From Tubulanus polymorphus (Eukaryota > Animalia > Nemertea), in NCBI RefSeq assembly GCF_964204645.1, contig NC_134030.1, forward strand, positions 15,872,110-15,936,109: a stretch of DNA of 64,000 nt, given 5' to 3'. The notes below the pieces were generated by a model. That model made no database searches. It was not told the origin of the DNA and worked only from the letters and a program-made list of their open reading frames with translations. Each line of letters opens with the position of its first letter. Within the stretch, counting starts at the first letter, position 1. Both the position numbers and the translations under genes were made by a program. Below are positions 26,037 to 39,190 of the stretch, piece by piece.

Positions 26037-28427
26037 CATGAAATTGGGATTACCCAGTCTTCTGTTATTCCAACCAGTGGAAGTTGTTTATGTTCATTTG
26101 TGGTATTGAAAAGCGGAATTACATGGTATTTCCATATATTGGTACCTAGGGATATTTTTTAACCACAATCCATTCCGGAGTCTAAGTATCCTCTATGATT
26201 AAGCTGAGTCTCAAGGTCATTGATTTCTGTTTCATGTGTATGTTCACCAAAAGGCGCTGAAAAGCGGAATAACATGGTATTTCACATCCTCACTGACCGT
26301 AGTTCCTTCATTGATCTCTTACACTGCCCAAGATTTCTCAGACAGGTTACCGCCCTGTAGCCGCCAGTCTATGTAATACGCCAATCAGATGAAATGGTAA
26401 ATTACATCTATCAATACAACATATCTAATTGGCTAGAGATATTGGCTGGTTGGTGCTAATCGCCAACCTGTCCACCCAAGAAATATCAGGTGGCGTAATA
26501 GCTCAATGATGAATCTGCGGCCAGGGTTAGTGTTGGCGTGATTATCAATGGGAAATAATCGGACCCTGATAAGTGAGGATTTTCTGTATATATCGGTAGC
26601 TGTGTCTATTTTGTATCATAATCAAATGTTAGATTGTCAAGCATTTTATGAAGTGGGCAATGGTGTCCCTGGACCCTTAATTAATTGGGTGTACTGCTAA
26701 TAATTTGTTTCCATTTTAATATCATTGCAGAATTGAACATGCGTGTTTCTCTATTTATACATGTAATCAAAAAAGATCGATTTGATAGGATTCTCTTCGT
26801 AAGAGAAGGCTTTTTGTATGGATGACCCAAAGAAGAATATCCTGTACATTGAAATTGCAAGAGATATTTCAAACTGCGTTAGTGTTAAAAAGACTATTCC
26901 ATAAGGTTATTCTATGATAAACTACCATATTGAATCACGAGCAATGGATAGCTTGAATACCAACAATGAAAATAATCATACTATTGATGCTTACACATTA
27001 TGAACCAATGGACCAATGAATGATAATTGATATAGAAAAAATCATTAGACTTAAGTCAAGGTTTTTCAAATTTGATAATAGGCCTATATGCCCATGGTGG
27101 GGTTTGAGGCTTGAGCCTACCAGGTTTTTAAAAAGCATTAAATTGTGATTGAAGATACATGTCAGCCTCGCTTAAATCGTGACTTGTCCCAAAATGACGA
27201 TATATCATGATTAACGAATTTAGTGTATTTGACTGTTTAAAATATAAACATGTTTACATGCGTAGTTGACCTTTTCCATGCATTGCTTGATGTCTGTTTA
27301 TTCAGAGAGCTTAAAATAAAAGCGGATACTGGTACATGAACGATTTCTGATAACTTTGTTACCTCAAAATATACTGAAAACTGCAAACTGGGTGTATGAC
27401 TTAATCAGTATTCATAGAAAAATTACATTAGCTTGATTCGATGATCATATAAAATTTTGTTTAATACTGTATTTATGTCAATTTTCCACGTGAATAGTTC
27501 TAGCATCGGTATAAGAGTATTTTGAAGATGTACCTACTTCACAGGTTAGAGGTAATCCAAAACGGTCGTTTGTTTTTGGATCGGAGAGGCAACTACTGAA
27601 GTAGCTCGTTTGGAGCCGTGACATCACTCCCAGAAATTTCTCGGACGTTTCCCCGTCAGTAACTCACTAGCAAGGAGCCTCTATGTCTCAGGGCATCATG
27701 TGCGGTTTTCAGAGTTGCTAGTGGAGGAGGTTCTTAAGTGGCACCCCCATCCTCTGCTCGACTGCTGTATGACAGGCTCGGCTCTCCTGGTTGGTCTTGA
27801 GTTCTATGGTTTCGTCATCTATCTATTTTAACATATTACACGATTGTTGTGAGCTTATATCTGGACCATACATAGCATTTGAGTTTTGAGGGGCATAGAA
27901 ACCTGAAAAAGGGCATCCTATAGGATATAACAATAATATTTGCAATAAGGGTACTTGTTTAAAATTTCCCCCGGTGTATAAATATCATAGTCTTTCAATA
28001 TCACTGTTATTCCTCCTATCAGAAGCAATGAGATTATTTGGGATTAATTCTCAGCGGCAGAATACATATTTTTTAGAGCAGTGGAACAGTTGGCCTTCTC
28101 ACGATTGAACCCGTATAGGAAACTTATGTGTCGCGTAGGAACGCCTTTACTAAAGTTAAAACCATTTCATGATGACACGATACACCAAACGGTAAACGGT
28201 ACCACCCAACCATAATACGATATCACCAATGAATATAGATTATTTTATTCAATTTTTCCAGAGTTGTTTATTGGAGGAAGGTATCATTGTTAAGTACGCC
28301 GAGAAAAATCGTGTTGTATCATCAATCAGTTGACTGACAGTTTATTGTAGAAGTCAATCGGTTCGGCTATATTCTAAGATAAGTTTTCACTTAAAGATGC
28401 CCTGCCCGCCTACTGCGCACTCACGAG

Positions 28428-31184
28428 GCATGAAGGTTATAAGATGGTAATGCGTCGATGACGTCATTTTCGTGTCGCCACTTTTTACTTGTTGGTCAGA
28501 GTCCAGAGGATGATTTGTCAAACGAATAAATACTTTAATCTTATCAACGCAGTGTGAAATTTCGTTTCTTTTAAATATTTTCCTAAATTATTAGAAAATG
28601 TAGTAAGACAGTGGGAAAGTTTTTATCGTTTATTATTATTATTATTATTAATTGTCAAATCACGACTTTTGAATATATCTACTGGTGTGCCTCAACGTTC
28701 AATTTTGGGACCATTGCTTTTTATAATCTACATCAATGACTGCATTAATGTCAGCAAAATTTTGAAATTTACGCTTTTTGCAGATGGCACAAATGTCTTT
28801 GCGAGTGATTCCGATATTAATCAACTTGTTCCGACCGTATCTAGCGAACTTGACAAACTAGCCACGTGGTTTAAATAATAAACGTGGCTAATAAATTATC
28901 CTTAAATTTGCCTAAAACTCATTGCATGGTATTTGGATCGAAACTACCACTTAGCACTTCGATTAAAATCAACGGAATTAATATCGATCAAGGTCATAGC
29001 ACAAACTATTTGGGTATAAATATTGACGATAAATTATCATGGATTAATCACATCAATGATGTTCAACGTAAAGTATCTAGGAGTATCAGCATGTTAAATA
29101 GATTAAAACGATTTTTACCGGAGAAAAATCTTATTCAATTATATTTCAGTTTAGTGGATCTCAGTTATTGCAACATAGTTTGGGCTCAAAATTTAAATGT
29201 TTACTTAAATTCCTTATTGCTACTTCAAAAGCGTGCGGTTCGAATAATGACAAATTCAAATTATTTAGAACACACTGAGCCACTTTTTAAAAGACTGAAA
29301 ATACTTAGAATCAGAGTCATGAACAAATTGCAGTTAGGATGCTTTATGTTTAATTATAACAAATCCATGCTACCTGTTTTAATAATTATTTTCAATTTCG
29401 ATGTGAAATTCACAATTATCGAACTCGGAGCTTAAACAGTATGGTAATCCCTCGAATTCAAACTCGAAGAAGTAAGTTTTCAGTAAAGACTTCAGGTCCA
29501 CTACTATGGAATTCACTCGATCCAATTTTAAAGGAGTCGACGAGTATCTTCGTTGTTGAAAAGAATTTCAAACATCATCTGTCAAGAGGTCAATAGTTAT
29601 GTTTAATCTCTGTTTAATGTATATTGATCTGGATTTTTGTGTCACTTTTTCACTGCCTTGTCATGATTTTCATGCGTGTGCCTGTCCAAGTGCGATAGTT
29701 TGGTGTAAGGTTGTGTGCATGTGTACAGTGTGTGCATGTGTGATTTCCACGGGTGCCAGGGCCATGCTTTATGGTTACAAGTTTTTAACTTCTCCTGGTA
29801 TCTATCGACTTATATTACAATTTTCTAATGTAATTTAATTCGTAAATAAAGAATAATAATAATAATAATCGTTGAATGGGCAAATCACGACGGCAGAGTG
29901 CACCTGTGATAAGGCGGAAATAGTTCCATGTGAAGGCAAAGCTTTTAAATGAGTAGACAGTCGGAGGTGGTTTATCAACTTTTTTAAACTTTAGGGCTGC
30001 TATTTTCCCAATCAAATTTCGTTTCTCATAAGTCAACACTTGTAATTCAAGTGTGATTTAGATGTGCAAAGAGATACATCGTGACTAGGTATTGAATGGC
30101 GGCGCCGTTCGTTCAATGGTGGAATTATCTTGATCGTATCCATACGAAGTTTATTAAAGGTTAGTGTCAACAAATGGTCTATTACAGTCCCTCTAATTTA
30201 TGTGGAGAAACGCTCTTAACCGGCAAAACCGTAGTGTCCACTGAAAAATTCCAGATTGATTCACCGCATAGTTTTTTCATAGTGAGCATTTTAGTATATG
30301 AATCAATTAATATGATTAACAGACACGGGTGCGCTGTTGAAGACGTTCGATGTAAACAATGATATAAACCAAGTGCGCGCTGGAAACCGGGACTTCAAAC
30401 TAAAAAGCACTGAATTTTTTAATTACATATGATTTGATTAGGCATCAGTGCTGGTTTTTCAAAACGTCGAATCTTAGTTGACTCCTATTGGATAGGCCTA
30501 AGCCAGACCCTCTGGAATTGAATTGAAAACGACACAGTAATTCGGCAGTAATTTGCGATGGATCTTTTTGAAGATTAGCTTGAAGATCGGGTCTGGCCAG
30601 ATGTCCACCCCTATTGTAAAAAAACGTAATTGGTGATCAAATATGGCTGCCATTGGGGTGACCATCTTGAATTCCTTGTTTGCACGATGCAGCCCGCAAT
30701 TCTTGATGGACCTCCACAAAATTTGGTGTGAGGATCAGGGTATAGGTAAGCTGTCCATGCCTATTGTATATGGAGGTCATCGGCCTTCAAATATGGCCTC
30801 CAGGTCAGCCATCTTGAATTTCTAGCACGAAACTGCCTGCAATTCTTGATGCATTTTCATGATACTAGGTGTAAGAATTTTGGTAGGTGAAATGTCTACC
30901 CCTTATTGAAAATTGAGTTGCCATCCATCTTGGACTTCCTTTCAGCACGATGCCTACACCAATTCTTGATGCATTTTTTCATGTAGTGTGATCTTTGGGG
31001 CAGCTTTTCATGTAAGGATATATTAACAGAAAATGAACATTTTCGCCACGTAGCCTATACCATCTTAACTATTTTAAAACATAGCCAACATCGTTACAAT
31101 GTAAATCTTTCTGTAAAACTTTGATTACTGAATCATTCTACTTCTACTGCGTCATGACGGTATTAGGCCCGTGGGCCTCTTGTT
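28428..31184 (+). mobile_element. HINE-like family R5 copy interrupted by a LINE
   Basis: Similar to 24120-24650 on both sides of the LINE; 3' subterminal repeat CGTCATGACGGT plus hairpin AGGCCCGTGGGCCT and TT at 31150-31184. Continuity across 30200-31150 is assumed. Confidence 0.55.
28631..29867 (+). mobile_element. 5'-truncated non-LTR retrotransposon (CR1/L2/Crack group), reverse transcriptase pseudogene
   Basis: GVPQRSILGPLLFIIYIND, FADGT (from FADDT), NKLSLN, LGINIDDKLSW; frameshifts; (AAT)n tail; TSD ATCGTT at 28625-28630 and 29868-29873. Confidence 0.92.
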
Positions 31185-31196
31185 TTGAATTGAATC

Positions 31197-31382
31197 GAGC
31201 GGCCTTGGTAGCTCAGTGAGATAAGGCGTGATGCTGTTGCATCCACTATCAGTCTTGTTGGCTGCTGATAGTGTGACGGCAACACTTCAAAGGCCGTCCC
31301 GTCGTAAGGTTAAACGAACAATCCAATAGGGTTAAAAACCAAGGTCCGGACGACGTAAGCAAAGATAAAAACAAACAAACAA
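31197..31382 (+). mobile_element. Probable tRNA-derived SINE, internally deleted
   Basis: A-box-like GGTAGCTCAGTGAG at the head and (AAAC)n tail; no B box seen. Confidence 0.4.
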
Positions 31383-33171
31383 TCATCAGCCTACCTCAGT
31401 GACACCAACGCCGGCATCGCTCTCCGTGCGACGTCTTGATGTGTACGTGTGTTCGGTTGATCTACCTATTACGCATCAGAGTATTTTGCATTCAGAAAAA
31501 TCGTTCTGTTTTTGTCTTCATTATTCAGCACTAGGGCCTAACAGTTCATGCAAGAAAAACAACAATCAGTCGAGATTTCCCTTACAGTTGTACGTTGAAT
31601 TCGAATCTTGTGCAGGCGAAAGTGCCGAGATTGTTTTTGTATACAAATCTTGAATGATACAAATCTATTGGCTGGGACATGATGGAAAACATCCGAATAA
31701 ACTAGTTTCGTCTTTAACAAAATCGCATTAATGAGGTTTAAAAATTGAATACAATAGCGTAGGCTAAGTCATTCGGCAGAAAAATGAAATTCATTCAATT
31801 CTTAAGTCTGTGGTCTTCCCAATCAACATCGGTATAGAACATTTGCTGGCAGATGTAATACATTAACCGCTAAATACCTCACCACAGTACAATCTACCAA
31901 TGCTTCAAGGCCCATAGGGCTATGAGCATTTGTTTCAATTGTTCTCGGCCTAAACATCGTATAATCGATGCGATCGAAGACATGGCGAACCTCTGTCGAT
32001 GACATAGTCAACTAGTTGCACACACACACGCGCCCACGTGATAAAGATTTGATGCAGCATAAAAAACTTAACTTTTATTAACATATTTACATTTATTCCC
32101 ATAACCTGGTATTACAATTATAACTTATAAACTAGTCATTGGAGGATTGATTGATTGTACGTGTACTTATTCTTTTATCCACAAATGATGTCACTAGACT
32201 AGTGCCCCCTTTCAAGATAAATATCCATGTCAGAGGAACACCCTCCCCCTTGTCTGCAAAAGTCCCCACGTTTGACATGAAAATAAGCTTTCATTTAAAC
32301 TATTAAAGCAGAAGATGAGCGCTGTGTTTTCTGTTTGATAGAATTTGTAATAGATTGTAATTTCTTGTGAACTGAAAATACTTAGCAGCAAACTATAGAT
32401 ATAGGTCGAAGTCTGAATATTTTAGTGGTAAAATCCAGGATTTTAAGCGATCTACTTACATACGCCGATTTTGTATTGCGGTACCGGTATGTTACGTTGA
32501 TTCCGCGGCCATACATTGGAAAAGGTTGTCAAGACTCAATATTTAGTCACCCTCTGATTTATGATAGCATATAAATTTTATTCAAATATCTATTTCTACG
32601 ACATTTTGGACGTGCAACATAAACAAATGTATATTTTTGGCCTTGTTTTTGTGTGGCGTGTGTTGATTACGTTTTTTGAAACCGATGACATGAACCACTA
32701 CACTTTCAATGTTGGTCAATTGTGGTGCCCGAACGCGTTTACTGTCTACATATTAGCAAATGTGCAGCGTTTTACGCGAAAACTGCTTTGGACCCGTGTT
32801 TCGACCATCTGTGGAGACTCATAACCCGGATAATCCGAGAAGCAATTCTAGACAGAGCTATAGAGGTGCCGTTTATAACTCCTGCTCCAATTACCATTAT
32901 TGTTGGCATTATTTGTCAGAAAAGTCCAGTCCGTCGTCATCATAAATGTCATTCTCGGAATATTTATTGATAACCTTATTCATAGGTTTCCTTTCATCGA
33001 TTTATTGGTTTCCTTCCATTGATTGACTCGAAATCGACATCGCTATATTCGTCTTACTTCTGGACCTGTTTAATGCCACACCGCTTCTTGGGTCGATCAA
33101 TCAAACTTTGACTTATTGGTTCGTCTCCATAACCAAATTGTTCAGTGAAATCTCGAATTTTTATTAGAGTA

Positions 33172-33329
33172 CAGTCAACCGCTGATATACTGCCCTTGTA
33201 CCGCCACACCTGCTTATTACCAGATTTTCTCAATGTACATACCAATACACCTCCGATATACCGTCATACTCTCTCTTCATTGCCAAAATCGTTCTGCACT
33301 GATGTGGGCGGTATATCGGGGGTTGACTG
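33172..33329. mobile_element. Tc1/mariner-type MITE
   Basis: TIR CAGTCAACCGCTGATATACTGCCC / GGGCGGTATATCGGGGGTTGACTG, TA on both sides. Confidence 0.8.
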
Positions 33330-34444
33330 TATTTCACCATTCAATGTAGTTGTCTTTTTATTAGTGCCTCCTGCCTGTCACACTATCAAATGAAGTTCTA
33401 GATCACTAAACTCGTTTTACAAATTATCTGTGAACATCTTGTGGTTTTATACTCGTAGATTGCTATTGTCCAGAGAGCAGTTCGTTTGATGTTTAGTTTT
33501 CTTGCAAAGTCAGTTATTTTCGTTTATAAATGAATGCTGGCCGAATTTCAATATTTTTTTCTCACATTTCTCCCAAAAGTTCAATGAACTTTTCTCGGCG
33601 CCATTTCGTCAACTTTACCACTCTTACACTTATGCTAACTCGTGATGGTAGCTGTAACATGGACATTCCATGCTATAATGCATTGATTTGGTTTGTGTAT
33701 TGTTGTGGTACAACAAAGCAAAAAGTTAATTTTAAACAATGACGATACCAACTACAGTAACGTAACGCAAACAACGACAAATTTACACGTGCCGATTAAA
33801 GCGAGGTAGACTGTATAATTTTCATTAATAGTAGAGGTATGTTGTTAATCGTAGTCTCTGTTATGTCAAAAGAGGATTAGGCCAACTTAACTCTGATTAT
33901 TTAAATCACCTAAGTTGTGCCCGTTTCATTTTCTCCATATCTGGTTCAAATCCCAGCAAAGCAATCGCTTGCAATCCCTTCAGGTCAAACCCCGTTATCG
34001 CTGCTCTGCAGTAATATTTATTATTATTATTATTATTATAACTGTTATTATTATTATTTTAACATGTACCGGTACTGTCGATTTATTCGAATATTGTCTC
34101 TTGTTATGCATGTATGATTTATAGGATCTTTCGTGTAACAGGATAGATGGCTATCAGTTAAAATAACGTAGTGTATTGTACTAGAACGGTTTTTTAGTAA
34201 AGGCGATTATGATATTTTCATTTCGTGCACGAAAACTAATTTTTCCTTGCAGAATCAATTCATTTTTATACAATTTAAAAGTTTAAATGAATAAAGAATT
34301 ATTTCGTAAATTTGTTGTAGAGTCATTCTCAAATAAAGGTAGGCTATTGTTTTCAATGGCTGGACAATTGATGCAGTTCAAAAACGACATTGATTGAGTG
34401 ATCTATAAAATAGTGAGAAATAGTATGGAATACATAATCACAAC

Positions 34445-34551
34445 AGTAATAGGGTATATGTCTTTTCATACCAGAGGTCGAGAGGTCGAGCTCATTTTCA
34501 CTCACTCGCCCCTCTCAACCTCTGATATGAAAAGACATGTACCCTATTACT
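34445..34551. repeat. 107 bp hairpin; truncated second copy at 36556-36635
   Basis: AGTAATAGGGTATATGTCTTTTCATACCAGAGGTCGAGAGG pairs with CCTCTCAACCTCTGATATGAAAAGACATGTACCCTATTACT. Confidence 0.85.
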
Positions 34552-35841
34552 CTAATAATGTTCATATAAATGATCTTTATTTATATGAATGTCATATTTA
34601 AAATATGTATAAATCAATTATATATTAGTTATAATAGTGTGAGAAATAATTCATATTTTAACATTGAATATTTATATTTGAATGAGTTAGATTTATTTTA
34701 ATAAAAGTTTTGTAATAAAATGAAGAAAGAAGAAGAAGAACCGAAATTCAAAATCGAAATCAAAGAAACTGATAACTTACTCACAACGGTAGCGTTAAAA
34801 ATCCCCTCGGTAAAAATCCCCAATTCTTCGAAGTAGGTAAAAATCCCCGTCCTGAATGTAGGAATCTCTTGTACAACCTTAAGGTCAATTAATTTGTATA
34901 ATTGATACATATATCCAATTTATTATTTTGGAACATCATGAATATCATGAATATAAAGATTATATAGTATATACTTGCATCAAAGCATACTACAAATAAC
35001 CAGCCCATTAATACAAAATTAGTACTTGAAAGTTATCACACAGCTTAATGAAAGGGTGTGGCAGTCTTTTTTTGCCGATTTAAAGCCCAATTTTCGAGAA
35101 TATTCATCAATCCGTCACCTCCGTACAAAATGGATATAAAAACGATAATTTAGCTGGACTGCACAACCCTAGTGATTCGATTAAGACCTATTCGAGGTAT
35201 GTACGCCGAAAATTAAGCGAAATATCCCAAAAAGATCGTGGACAATCAAAAATGAATAGACTTTTGACCGGGTGCGCAGGTACATGCGCAACTTTGCCGC
35301 GCGAAAACTTGCGGCACCAATAAGATTGCTCGTATAATCGCTGAGGTAAATTTCAAAGAAGAACTATAAATGGGAAAACCCGGGCTTAAATATAACGGGA
35401 TATCTGATTGGCTACTCGATGCCATGAGGTTCTAATCCCTGCCGGGAGAGGATGTTCTATATCTGCCGGATCCGTTTAGCTCGATCATGTATTTTATGGG
35501 CTACGCCGTTAGACCTTGGAGTAATCAGACTTCTCCAAGAACCCCGTGCGTACCTCGCCTGCCTGCCAGCGGATGTTTATGACGAGATTTAGGTGTCGAC
35601 CAATAATTATGTAAATTGACACATTCTTTAGTTTAGATGGGTGCAGCTTGGTTTATATTTGATTCCGATGTTTATTAGTGCTCAAATTTGGTTAAAGAAT
35701 GATGACGTTACTTGTTGCTGTTGCGACGCTCAATATACACGCTGTGCAACACAGAACACGTACACACAGATATGGAACGTATGGAGTAATCAGACTTGTG
35801 TTTGTTCAGAGTAAGTACATGATAGTCGAAGACCGTCCTAA

Positions 35842-36534
35842 GGCCAAAAAAGATGCCTTGTTTCTCATCACACTTTTGTTTTTTACCATGACGAGGGCGG
35901 GCGATTTTTATTTTTATGTACCTTAAAAAAAGTAGAAATAAAAAGAAGGGGAGGTATTTTTATTTTTATTTAACTGGAAAATCACTGCTTAATCCTGATA
36001 ATGATTGGTGAATCCTGAAAATCCATTGCAACACCTCAACCGTCCAACGCATTTTCGAAAAGTTCCATCACTGTTGACTCTGGAGATACTTGTAGAATTG
36101 GCCAACGTAGTATTGGCCTCTTTTGGAATATTATTCGAACAGATAGCAACATCTTGGACGCTATAAGCACCACATTTTACCAAGAGAAATCGCTTCGAAA
36201 TAAGAATCACGCCAGAAATCAAGCTCCACAGCGACCTTGGCATTTGACATTTAGGCCTACGGTAACCGACTCCGTTGATATGGATTCGAGTCACCAGTGG
36301 TTATACGATCAACTTTTCTCGATACGTTCATAGAGAAATAGAATGATAAAAAGATGACGATATGCGTATTATATCAATGCGGGCGGGCGGATTTTGATTT
36401 TTATAAAAAACAAATTTATTTTCGAGCTATGATGCGGGAGGGCGGACTTTATTTTTATCGCTAATTTGCCGATGATTTTTCCGATGCGGGCGGGATTTCA
36501 AAATCATGAGAAACAAGACATCTTTTTTTTGGCC
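35842..36534. mobile_element. PIF/Harbinger (Tourist-like) MITE
   Basis: TIR GGCCAAAAAAGATGCCTTGTTTCTCAT / ATGAGAAACAAGACATCTTTTTTTTGGCC, TAA target duplication. Confidence 0.8.
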
Positions 36535-36965
36535 TAACGCGCGTTGTCAAGCCGGAGTAATAGGGTAAGTGCCTTTTCATACCAGAGGTCGAGAGGTCAA
36601 GCTCATTTTCACTCACTCGTCCCCCTATAACTCTAATATATATTTGAATATAATAATACTTTTCCAGTGTTAAAAATATAAAATATATTGGGTTGAAATG
36701 TATAAAAATAGTTAATAAAAAGGGGGTTTCTAACATTGAGTGTTGTGTCTTTATGTCTCTAGTAGTTTTAGTACTTTTAGTACATAAAGAATATATCTTT
36801 ATATTATATCGTTATCAGATGAATACATATTATTATAATTGAAACAGTAATATATAAAATCTATCAGATGCATAAATATTATTATTATTGCAATAGTAAT
36901 ATATAAATCTGTGAGATAAATAAATATTATATACAAAAATTATTTTTTTAAACTACTTTATATTC

Positions 36966-37191
36966 TGTAACAATTGTCGTCTTGGAGTATTCTAATGGTA
37001 ATAAAGGGGGTAATCGCCGCTGTAGTAGGGGACAATCCGAGTCTTAAACCGGGACAAAAGGATAACACACGACTCACCAGGACAAAGGATTCTTTTCAAG
37101 AGAGCGATAGGTATGCCATCTATCGTTAACATTTATTAATACAAATACACTACATTACAATACAATTACAAGCGGGAGTCACACCGTTACA
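36966..37191 (-). repeat. 3' LTR (226 bp)
   Basis: Matches 45079-45310 with about 5 substitutions and one 6 bp indel; preceded on the - strand by the polypurine tract AGGGGGAGTGG. Confidence 0.95.
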
Positions 37192-37454
37192 CCACTCCCC
37201 CTAACAAAGAGTACTGAACTACGGTTCAGTACCAAAATTAACTTTCACGGCGCAATAACAGTCCAATACCGGTATGCCGAGTTCCCATCGCAAAACGATG
37301 ACGATCGATAAAACCCATGGTTCGCATAGTACACAAGAGTCAGATTATTTACATTTCCGCTGAATCCATTCCTGAAGCACGGCGTAGACGAGGGTTCACC
37401 GCTGGGGGGTAGATGGCTGGCCATTTACCAATATCTGGTGTTGGCCCCGCCATC

Positions 37455-37763
37455 CTAATGGGATATCAAACAGCTGAGTTCTGTCCCCAGCCGATTAAAC
37501 CTCTCCATCGACATGGATGGCCGTGACCGCTTGGCTGACGCCAGGAAAGCCTTGACGCCGGCAACTACTGGACCAGCAACCATGTCACCTGGTTGGTACA
37601 GATGGCGCTCACATGAACTTACCAAAGCGCTGAAGTCCGGAGTCCATTCGGGCTCAGTCCTTTTTGTGTAGCTTTGTACATATTTTCGCACATCGTGCAC
37701 AGCGGCCTTCTTCTGGTCTCGTGTTTCTTCGTTCAACGTATCCAACTGAAGCACATCAGACAT
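37455..37763 (-). CDS. Extra 3' ORF of the Gypsy element, unknown function (102 aa, probably truncated)
   Basis: Long pyrimidine tract and TAG acceptor (37772-37798) directly before ACCAAAATGTCT; MSDVLQLDTLNEETRDQKKAAVHDVRKYVQSY... Confidence 0.5.
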   Translation of the reverse strand: MSDVLQLDTLNEETRDQKKAAVHDVRKYVQSYTKRTEPEWTPDFSALVSSCERHLYQPGDMVAGPVVAGVKAFLASAKRSRPSMSMERFNRLGTELSCLISH

Positions 37764-37915
37764 TTTGGTAGCTAAAAACAGAAGGAAAGACAGAAAAACG
37801 TTAAGTTGGCCGGAGAGCAGAGAGTCTAACCGGTGAGGTGTTCTCTGTCTCGCAGCAATTTTCGCGCATTCTTCAGCCACAGATCTTTCTTCTCCCGGAT
37901 TCTGGACCATCGCTG

Positions 37916-39190
37916 TCAGCAGGTGGTACAGTCGCCATTAACTGCTGTTCTGGTTGCCGGTATGGGGCAATGACGAACAAAGTCCATGAATCGGGCTGGC
38001 TCTTTCAATGCTCTCCTCGGGTGCAGACGACCGGATTGATCTCCGTTGTCGGCCGGTGGATGTAGCTGGCCATTTTCCACTGGCCGACCAGCTGGGGGAA
38101 CGACTTCTGCCTCCGCTTCGATTGGTGTGGCGTCATTGGGTGGTACTGCCACAATCCGCTCGTTTGGTCGCCCCCAGACAATCTCCTCGTCATCGCTCCC
38201 TGAAGAGCTCGAATTTTCAATCTCAGGGGCAGGTTGGGGTTCAACTGTCCTCTTTCTAGTTCTGGCAGGGACAGCCGTCTTGACGTTGGTATGGGGCTGG
38301 CCAAACGCTGCCTTCATATCATTGAAGTGGACAGTCTTTTGCTTTGGGGGACCCCCCTCCAGTCTGACCCGATACGTCACCTCCGACAGTTTCTCAATAA
38401 TAATGAAGGGGCCCTTCCACTTCTTATGGAATTTTCCGCCTCCCCTGGCTTAATGGCATGACTATAGAGCCCAACGTTATACCCACCCCGCCTAGCAAAT
38501 CTGTCGTAATTGACAGTCTGACGCCGCTGAGCCTTACCCAGTCTCTCCCTGACTCTTTGGTGCGCCTCCTGTAAGTTTGAGTGTACATCACGGCTAAACT
38601 TAGTGATGCACACTTGTTCTTCTGGAGGCCCAACCATGATATCTAGAGGCAAGATCATCTCTGAACCGAAAGTCAGGTAGAATGGGGTTTCGCCGGTGAA
38701 TTCCTGAACACTAGAACGAAATGCCATCAGGCATGATGACAGTTTCGTATCCCAGTCAGTGCCAGTTTCATTCACGGATATGGTCAGCATGGCCTTGATG
38801 GATTTATTAAAGTTTTCCACCTGACCATTCCCCATCGGGTGATACGAGATCGTACGCGTCTTATAGATACCCAATAGTCGACACATTTCTGTAAAAACCT
38901 TGGACTCGAAGAAGTTGGCACCCCGGTCCGAGTGAATGCTTTCTGGGCAGCCATACCTCGTGACCCATTCATCCACGACTTTCCGAGCCACAGTGGGGGC
39001 CTTCTCATTCCGTACTGGCCATGCCTCAACCCACTTAGTGAAAGCGTCCTGGACAACAATAATGTAAAAGTTGCCGCGTTTAGTACGCTCTAGGGGGCCC
39101 ACTATGTCAATGTGCAACCTCTGCCCTTTACGACCCACTGGTGTTGACACCAATGGTGCCTTCGGTCGCTTGAGCGGATTTTTAGACGCC
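37916..39190 (-). pseudogene. pol: Gypsy integrase core and C-terminal GPY/F region, frameshifted
   Basis: LHIDIVGPL, QDAFTKWVEA, IHSDRGANF, YHPMGNGQVENFN; C-terminal WKGPF..TYRV..VHFNDMK in a shifted frame. Confidence 0.92.
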
